This document shows positions 44,301 through 51,600 of a DNA stretch of 64,000 bases, one piece after another. How positions within the stretch are numbered: the first letter of the stretch is position 1; every line of letters begins with the position of its first letter. A model generated the notes under the pieces. It was not told the DNA's origin. It saw only the letters and a list, made by a program, of their open reading frames with translations, and ran no database searches. A program made the translations under genes and the position numbers. The DNA is from Epithemia pelagica (lineage: Eukaryota; Protista; Bacillariophyta), in the NCBI GenBank assembly GCA_946965045.2, contig OX337228.1, positions 310,001-374,000 on the forward strand, in the 5' to 3' direction.

Positions 44301-45695
44301 TACCACTTGGCCTGGCCTGGTTGGTTTTACCTCGGCCTCCCTGTCTCGGACTGTCTTCGATCGCCATGGCCTCTTGGTTGCCTTGGCGTATCCACATGCT
44401 GAGCATACTGGAACGTGACACTTTGCCAGCCGTCTTGGCAACTGTCCGTCCTTGGCCATCTGTTGGAGCTTTGGAAAGGGTAGGTGTCCAAAGTCGTAGT
44501 GGTACCTCAGTAGATCGGCTTCTGCTGATGGGACCCGTTCCTCCTCATCGGGGATGATGTCGGGTGTTTCCTCGAGTGTTGCTGCGTCCTTGGCGTTGAT
44601 GTCGAATGTCCTGGGTGCCGGCGCTTCTCCATCCGCAGTAGTTGGTTCCGCTTCATTTGGTTGTATGGCGCTGTGCCAGACTGGTGGCGGCGTTTCGTTT
44701 TCGGGTTCGATATCGTCGTTCTCCGATCCATCCTCGTCGTCCGAGATTATGGATGGTTTTACTTCGACGTCGTTTTCCGTCAGTGGGTTGTTGTCGTACT
44801 CGGGGTCGTCTGTTCCGGCACATTTGCAGTACTGATGGTACTTGTCGTATCCGCTCGCGAGACTGAACGTCGCCACGTTGTTGCCATATGACTCGATTGG
44901 GATCGTCCGGCGTGACTTCCGGTTGTTCCAAAAGAGGACGACTTCTGTTCCTGTGGTCGTCTCGCCTGCTCCTCCCCGTTTGTCGACATTGTTGCGTGTT
45001 TGTGCCCAGTGCTGCGGGCTCAGCAGTCGCACTCCTCCTTCTGGCACGTAATACGAGTTCGGTATGATCATATGGTGGACTTCGCCTTGATCGTCCTCCC
45101 ATTTCCAATGAATTGTACATTGCCACACGTTGAAAGTCCTCGTTCCACCGAAGCCTTTGATTGCTCTTTTGCATGGGGTGATTGATCCTGGTATGTCCTC
45201 TCGCTTGTGCGTAATACATCCGGAACATCGATTGTCTATGCCAACCATGCGCGAGTCTGAGTCAAAGGGTGCGCATTGTCTTGCGCTGCAATTGGCTGCC
45301 ATGGCAAATATGGCTGCCATGCACAGTCGTTTTCGGTTGGAGCTTTTTGTTCGCGTGTGTTTTCGGTTGTGTGCTTTTGCTTTGGTGTGGATCCTGTTGT
45401 CCAGCCATTCTGCTGCCTTTTCGGTTCCTCTCCCGATGTAGTGGAGTATTTTCGACATCCATGCTTGTGCTGCCATGGTATTTTCGCTGTCCGCATCCTC
45501 GTTCCGTTCGATGATGGTTACTGCTGCGAGTATCATGCAGTGGAGCAGTAGCTGGAGTGTCGTTAGGATGGTGCTTGCTGCTCTCTCTATGAGGATCGTG
45601 GCCACGATGTCTATGGCGGCTATGAAGGAGAGGGTGGAGTAGATGTTAACATAGATGGTTAATACATTTACTTTGGCCCACTCTCTCCATAACCG
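41307..45695 (-). CDS. pol: Outer copia Pol (protease, integrase, reverse transcriptase, RNase H)
   Basis: Motifs IDNRCS (PR), VSVDQ...DNG...GKAERRIR (INT), KARL...NLYGQKQAG...LYTDD (RT) and YVDADFAG...STESEY...EDN...RTKH (RH). The frame is open from the codon immediately after the gag UGA. Confidence 0.95.
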   Translation of the reverse strand, partial: RLWREWAKVNVLTIYVNIYSTLSFIAAIDIVATILIERAASTILTTLQLLLHCMILAAVTIIERNEDADSENTMAAQAWMSKILHYIGRGTEKAAEWLDNRIHTKAKAHNRKHTRTKSSNRKRLCMAAIFAMAANCSARQCAPFDSDSRMVGIDNRCSGCITHKREDIPGSITPCKRAIKGFGGTRTFNVWQCTIHWKWEDDQGEVHHMIIPNSYYVPEGGVRLLSPQHWAQTRNNVDKRGGAGETTTGTEVVLFWNNRKSRRTIPIESYGNNVATFSLASGYDKYHQYCKCAGTDDPEYDNNPLTENDVEVKPSIISDDEDGSENDDIEPENETPPPVWHSAIQPNEAEPTTADGEAPAPRTFDINAKDAATLEETPDIIPDEEERVPSAEADLLRYHYDFGHLPFPKLQQMAKDGQLPRRLAKCHVPVCSACGYAKATKRPWRSKTVRDREAEVKPTRPGQVVSVDQLVSPTPGLIAQMTGFLTKQRYNYATVYVDQATSLGFVYLQRTATAAETIQGKKAFERYALNRGVKIEAYHADNGIFKAKAWVQCCERDGQELTFAAVGAHHANGKAERRIRELQEMARTMLMHAHKRWPEAISAHLWPYALRQANLCINNAPNMQHSSKQAPIQLFAQTPVNINRKHWKPFGCPVYVLSEALQSGKPHHKWKERARIGIYLGQSPIHNRNVALVLHRHTGHVSPQFHVRFDKGFDTMKQEKVEANWQVSTFFKTATVKANGKKDQQPKPRKTAKRSRWQEGAAPGMELGTRETNTQHQQRKDYDPMQDGTLPQEGDLTMEQLENAQQTPATSQERREVQSQREQASAPPQTPTIRTRSGRIRKPTQRLIEVMSAETEDGETIPGEIFTYATLCPQDDMVAENGLLAYKTMIKHEAAKKRAKESKKRKKATKQQSKLNPIAFKAAISDPDTMYHHEAMAQEDSAQFVQGMQKEMDRQMEDGNFSIVHRSKIPKGTKIFKAVWQMKRKRDIITRDIKAHKARLNFDGSRMEKGRDYDQTYAPVANWASIRLVLALVSAFNWHTTQIDYVLAYPQAPVEREVYMEIPRGYELEGGKSKTDYALQLHANLYGQKQAGRVWYQHLSRRLVQDVGFTKSSIDECVFYRVSVVYVLYTDDSILCGPNQQEIDQVIADLKAAKLNITVEGNIKDFLGVNITKHADGRITFAQPHLIQKILQALHFKDNTTTKDNPMASSKILHRHLDEPAFDESFNYRSIVGMLNYLEAGSRSDISYATHQCARFASNPRKPHGEAVRWIARYLKGTREQGMTFHPNPALGLEVYVDADFAGNWNKETASTDRDTARSRHGYIIRYMGCPVIWKSQLQTEIALSSTESEYTGLSYALRATIPLMRLLEEMKAQQIQIHSTKAEVHCRVFEDNSGALEMARVYKFRPRTKHLNVKLHHFRSYVEEGKISIHAVDTTNQLADYLTKPLAVDVLRRLRKRVLGW

Positions 45696-48600
45696 TCAGG
45701 AGTCGTAGTCCGAGTCTTCTTGTTCTTCGATGAGCGCCTCGTGCGCCGCTGCCAGCTTGAGTGCCCCATCCTTGGTCTTCTTTTCCTTCTGTCCTTCCTT
45801 CTTGGAGGAGTCCTTCTTTGCCGCGTATCCTCGGCATTCGGACGGCTTGTGAGTCCTCCAGCGTCCGTCACACTTGCCCTTGGTTTCACTGGAGCACCAA
45901 TACCATTTGGTGCCATTCCATGTCCGGAACTTGTGCATTTTGTCCGCCTTCGGTTTCTCGTTGTTTTTGAGCCACGCTGGTTTCTCCGGTTTCGTCGGGG
46001 CTCCATGTTTGTCGTTGCTCGATTTCTTTGCTGGGCCTTCCTTCTTGCTTTCGAATTTTGTGCCCTTTGGCGGTGCTCGTTTCTTCAGCGATTGCACCTC
46101 CGCTTGGAGGGCTAGCACTTCCTTCTGGTGCTGCGTGGGTTGCTCCCACTCGTCCCTCGTGACTTGTTTCTTGTAAAAGTTCACTGCCTTGATCATTAAA
46201 TCGCGTGCCGCGGTGATGGTTGCTGTCCCATCCTCGTGGCCGTCTTCCACTTGTTGGATGTACGCTGCGAATCGTTCGTCGTTGACGGCCTTGTATCCCT
46301 TGAAGAGATTGACAATCAGGTCTGACGACGCTTGTCCTCGCAATGATAGTCCATCCACTTGACTTTGGACAAACGCATTGAATGCGATTATGTCACTGCC
46401 GTTAGTTTCGATGTACTTGTCAAGGTTGGACAAGTTGAGTCGCAGTGTCGAGACTGTGGCGTGGGAGTCGAGGTAGCTCTCTCGTACCACCACCTTGAAT
46501 AGACAACCTCCCGCGTCCAGGCCATTCACTTGTGTCTGCTCTTTCCATATTTGGATTCGCTGAATTCCTGTTGGTGACAGAGAATTCATGATCAAGTCAT
46601 AGAGCATCTTCGAGTCTTGGCTTTTTCGACTGTTCCCTGCGATGATGGATTGCTCCCATGCCGTTACATGGGCCAGAGTCACCCGCCCATAGTCGTTGAT
46701 GAGGTCGACTTGGTTTGCTCCTGGTGCTGCGAGGTCCAGTGGGACCTTTGCGTTTGATCCATCCTCCAACATGCCCAAATCTCGTGCCCGAGTATTCAGC
46801 AGGTTGATGAACAGTTGAAACCGACTCGGTTCCACATCGAATTTTTCATCCGTACTAAATAAGGAGCGAGTGGCTTGCTCGTAGTATTTTCGGCCTTGTT
46901 TGGTACTGAAATCCAATTGCTGCCCGATTCCGGCTCGGAGTGGGGTCCTTAGGAATGGTCCTGGTCCTCCTCCTCCTGGTGCTCCGCCTCCTGCGCCCCC
47001 TGCTGCTACAGCAGCGGCAGCTGCATTCGCGGCGGCGTTCGCAATGGCTTGCTGGATTGCTTGCGTGGCTGCTCCCAGTGCTCCTAAGAAAACCCGTCCG
47101 TTGGACACACGGAGCACCGTCATGGGTGCACGGGTACAAAAGTCATTCCAAACAAAGAAGTGAACTAAAATATAGGTTACAGAGTCACTACTCCCTATCT
47201 TCTCGATTTTCATACGTACGACAGACATACTTTCTTAGTCCCCTCAAACAGTACTCGATTCCTTTGAGAACTGTTTGCCATCCCAGTAGTAAGTGTATTC
47301 GGGCCAACTAGCCCAGGAAACCTCAAGACCTGCACAAAACCTCATAAATAAAGATGAGGAAAGGACTCACTCTGGGGATCCATGATCATCAGTAATATCC
47401 CAAAGGACCAGACCCAACAAATGATTGCGTTTCTGTCCTCCTGGAATCACCTTGGTGGCCAAATCAGCTGGATTATGCTGTGTGGGAATATGTGTAGTCA
47501 ACAATTCACCCATGGCAACAGCTTCTCTGACAGCATGATAGCAAATAGAATTGGACTTCTTCTTCAGCGATGATTCCGGTTTCGATGTATTATGAATCAC
47601 GGACATATTGTCACCATAAACATATGTAGGACCAGACAACGGCACTCCCATCATCCGTAATTTGTAGCGTAGTCCCCTGACGGCCTCCATGCCCGTCTTC
47701 ATTGCAACAAACTCAGCTCCAAAAACGGATGTTTCAATGGTCGCTTGTCGCTTGGTATACCACATAATAGGTGCCATATTCATAAAGATGAAGAATCCAG
47801 TTCTAGATCGCCGTACCATCTTGTCACCAGCATGATCCGAGTCAACATACAGCCGCAGATCCACCTCTTTACCACGTGCCTTTGGTGCATTCGGTGGGAC
47901 TGCCTCTTTTACATCACCGTAGAACTCCTTCCAGTCGCAATCTTCACGAAATTCTCGGAGGTCTATCTCGGGATAGGTCGGATCAAATGCCATCCTGGCA
48001 TTGTGCTTGATTTTCAAATAGGAATACATATGGAATACTGCTTCCAAATGTCCTTGTCGTGGACTTGCCACTTGGGATGCCAACAATGATGTTTCGGTCA
48101 TGATATCCACCCTTCCCAGTTCGACCATCCATCTGAGGACACCAATCTGGGACTGGTAGAATGACACCTCGTCATCATTCAGTTGATCTGTCACGTCAAG
48201 AACTGGGTCATATTCTGGTGGGAACGGAGTCGCCGCGCGTTTTGCGAGCTTGCGGCCACCACACTCGCGTTCCAAATACGTCTCAACATTCGAAACAGCT
48301 TCTTGTACATGCTTGCTCGAACTTATAGCCCAACTGACAACGGAATTGGGCATGGTCATGGGCTTAAGCTTCCCTCCAAGGTACATGTCAGGATTTCCGA
48401 TCGAGCCCGGCTTCATAGGGAAGAAATGATCTAACTCGTGTAACATCGCAGTCGCATCATGCGATATGGCCAAGACATCGTCTACGTACAGCAATACATA
48501 GGCGTAGTACTTGTGACCGTCACTCGGACGTGTCATAGGCTTCATCCACAAGTCCCGATCAGCACCCAAGCACGGATCGTACCCAAGAGTTCTCATACAA

Positions 48601-51600
48601 CTCGCAAGGTGGTTGCGGAAGCTTGCACCGGCACTCTTTAACCCATACAACGCTCGTACAATATATGCACGCTTCCCAGCGTTGGACCCGAACTCGGGGC
48701 CCAGTACAGTCCAGATTTTCTCACTGTTCGGTGCAGTTAAATAAGCATTCTTGATGTCGGACGATTTAACCTCTAGGTCGTTGAGAGCGGCAATAGTGAG
48801 GGCAATACGAACACTTTCTCGAGACACAACACTGGCATAAGTCAATGTCGCTGGTGCCTCTGTTGTATGTCCGCCCGCTACAAACCGTGCTTTCCTCCTG
48901 AAATCTTCCATTTTTACGTCGAAAACCATGTGGCATCGGATCTCCTGGAAGCCAGGAGCTGGTTTCTCGTCGTCTTCCATCAACTTGAACGCCACTCGAA
49001 CAGCTTCCATCTCTTTCTCGATGGCCTTTCGCCACAAGTCGTTGCCGTTCCTTCTGTCAAGTTCGTATGCTTCGGCAACAGTCTTGGGGATTTCGATCCC
49101 AAACTTGTGCGTCCGCTTGTGGTAGCGGCTATTGACGGCGGCGAGTATCCGATCTCGTCGTCGGAGGAATTTATTCACCCACCAATCAAACGCTGGCTCA
49201 TTTTCAATCTGCTTTGCGACGGCGTACTCCGCCACTTCAATCGGATTCGATTCCTTCAGTCCAGCCAGGCGTTCCCAGGACGTTGACCCATCGCGCCACT
49301 GGACGCACAACTCCCACCCTTTCGTCGTCTTCTTCTTGTGCTTCCGCCCTCGGACAACGACATGGCGGTTATCGTGGTCGACAGCGGCTTTGGTCTTGCG
49401 GTGATCAACGATGCTGTCCAGCAACAAGAATTGGTTTCCCTCAGCATCGCACTGCGCATACATATTTTCCGCGATGACGTTCGCGGCATACTCTGACGTC
49501 TCGCCGTCTGGAAACTCGACAACATATACTCTCGAGTCTAGAATCGGGTTGTGGGACGACGTCCCCTTGAGACGGCCATCACTGGTCTTGGACCGTCTTT
49601 TCACCTTGCCCGTCACCATTACATCACCCTTCGGCAACAAGACGTCAGCTCCAACGTAGTTGTCGTAGGTGTCTGGTGTGATGTCATCAATGTCGGGTGC
49701 AATCGGTGGCTTGGGGTCATCGTCGTCTTCATACGCCTCGTAGGTCGGCGTTTCCACATCAACTAGACCATCGTAGTCTTCGACTTTAGCTACACCGCCT
49801 AACTTCTCGTTGACCTTACTCGTGTAGTCTTTCCTCTTCTCTATTTCAGTCGGGTCACGGATTTCGTCGTCCGTCAGATGTCGATAGGTCGAGCGAATCT
49901 TGATCATTCCTGACTCGGCTAGGATCTTAATTGCATGTGCGGGTCCCATGTCCGTCGCAGGACCTAGGTACCTACCCAGTTTCTCCTTGTCTTCCGGGTA
50001 GTTGGCCGCTGAGTCGTAGTAGTAAACCCAGTCGTACCACCCATATCCAGCCAAGAGTGAAATGTCGAAGGTCTCCCCGTGCATTGCCGTTTCCGGGACT
50101 TGACCTGACAGCTCGAAATTACTATGACATGTAGCCGATCTGATATAGGCTTCCAACTCGAGGCAATGATCCCACAATACCTTAGGAGATTTAGTTGAGA
50201 CCATTTTCCGTCCAGTACCACGCTTCAACTCCCTAATTGCACTCTCAGCCGCATTTGCCCACGGAGTATAAGGCTCCAACTGTTTCACTCGACAACCAGC
50301 CTCTCTAGACTTCTTCCTGAACTTGCCCTTGACCTGTTCCGCGGCACCGTCCATGATTAGTTCCGGTGGACGGCCTTCCCTCTGGAGCAACAACGACAAA
50401 GCTTCGTGTGCATCGCCTTTCGAGGCCAGAGGGTACGCTCTAGTCCATCCATTCCTTGCCGTGAAGACTTGGGCACAAGTATTACCCAGCCTAGACTTCA
50501 CCTTCGAAAACATAGTGTCCGTGAATAAGGGATGAGGCAATGGCCGGTATCGGTGAAACCGGTCGTTCGTCGTGAACCTCTTGGTCAAAGGGTTCAATGT
50601 GGTACGTAGACCACGTTGTGTTGTCACTCGAAGGGTATCCGCTGCACGTTCCAATCCACATCCCCATCGACGTGCCAAAGTCTTGGCATCGATAGCTTTT
50701 CCAGAAGGGGTAGTTTGTGTTACGGAAAGAGTCGCCACGCGTGCTTGCAGAGCAGTCGCGAAGCATGCGGTTTCCGACGGTCGCGAATCAGAAAGCAAAG
50801 TCGTGAAAGGGTCATTGTCATTGGGTCCCCTTGAGCGAACGGTGGAAATCGATCGTTGGAGGGCCGCTCGGGCCGACATTTCATCCCGAGCGAAAGAGTC
50901 ATTCTGGGGGTCCCACGGCGGGTCAGGACTGGTCAAATCAAAGCGACGACATGAAGCATATTCATCGGAAGTGGGGGTCCTTGTAGGGAAATAGGAAGTG
51001 ACACCACATAAATCAAGGGGTATCACAAAATCCTCATCGTCCTGATCGCTCAGAACCAGTGCGTGTGTCTTATTGTCGGGATTATCGGTCAAGAATTTCG
51101 GTTGGTCCGAAACTTGCACGTCATTCATCCACAACTGCATAGGGCACAGGAGGTTGTGAGTAAGCGATGGTATATAAATGGCCTGGTTCACGAGTAGGAT
51201 CAATACTTCACCGGTATCGGGGCAATCATAAGCTAGAGCCGCACTTATAGTCTTGCAACTCTTGTGAACCACGCCCTGAGAAGAATCATATCCCTTGACA
51301 TCCACAGGGCGGCCATAGTCCTGTACAACCATCGCAGACCTTCCAACAACACACGTGTCCGCATGACTATCAAGCTCGGTACGAGACTCGCCCTCGTCGG
51401 ACGTGTCAACCGCACCGACACGCACTGAGCGGACCACCGCTCATTTGCGTGATTTCTTCTGGCGGGTTAGCGCCGGATTGTCGCGATTCGACTCGGGCTT
51501 GCGCTTTCCCGCAGGCTTGGCATCATCATCAGAACTATCGGACGAGGAGTCATTGCCGCTGGCTCGAGATGGATCGCGCAATGGTGGCAAGCTCATTGAA

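Noticed and set aside
45696-47228. 510-aa ORF beginning MSVVRMKIEK as the outer gag
   Set aside because: Its first ~48 codons are the inner element's LTR. The true start is at 54092.
45696-51443. Selenocysteine insertion at the gag-pol UGA codons
   Set aside because: No SECIS-like AUGA/AA/GA element was identified and there is no redox context. Ordinary readthrough is the simpler explanation.
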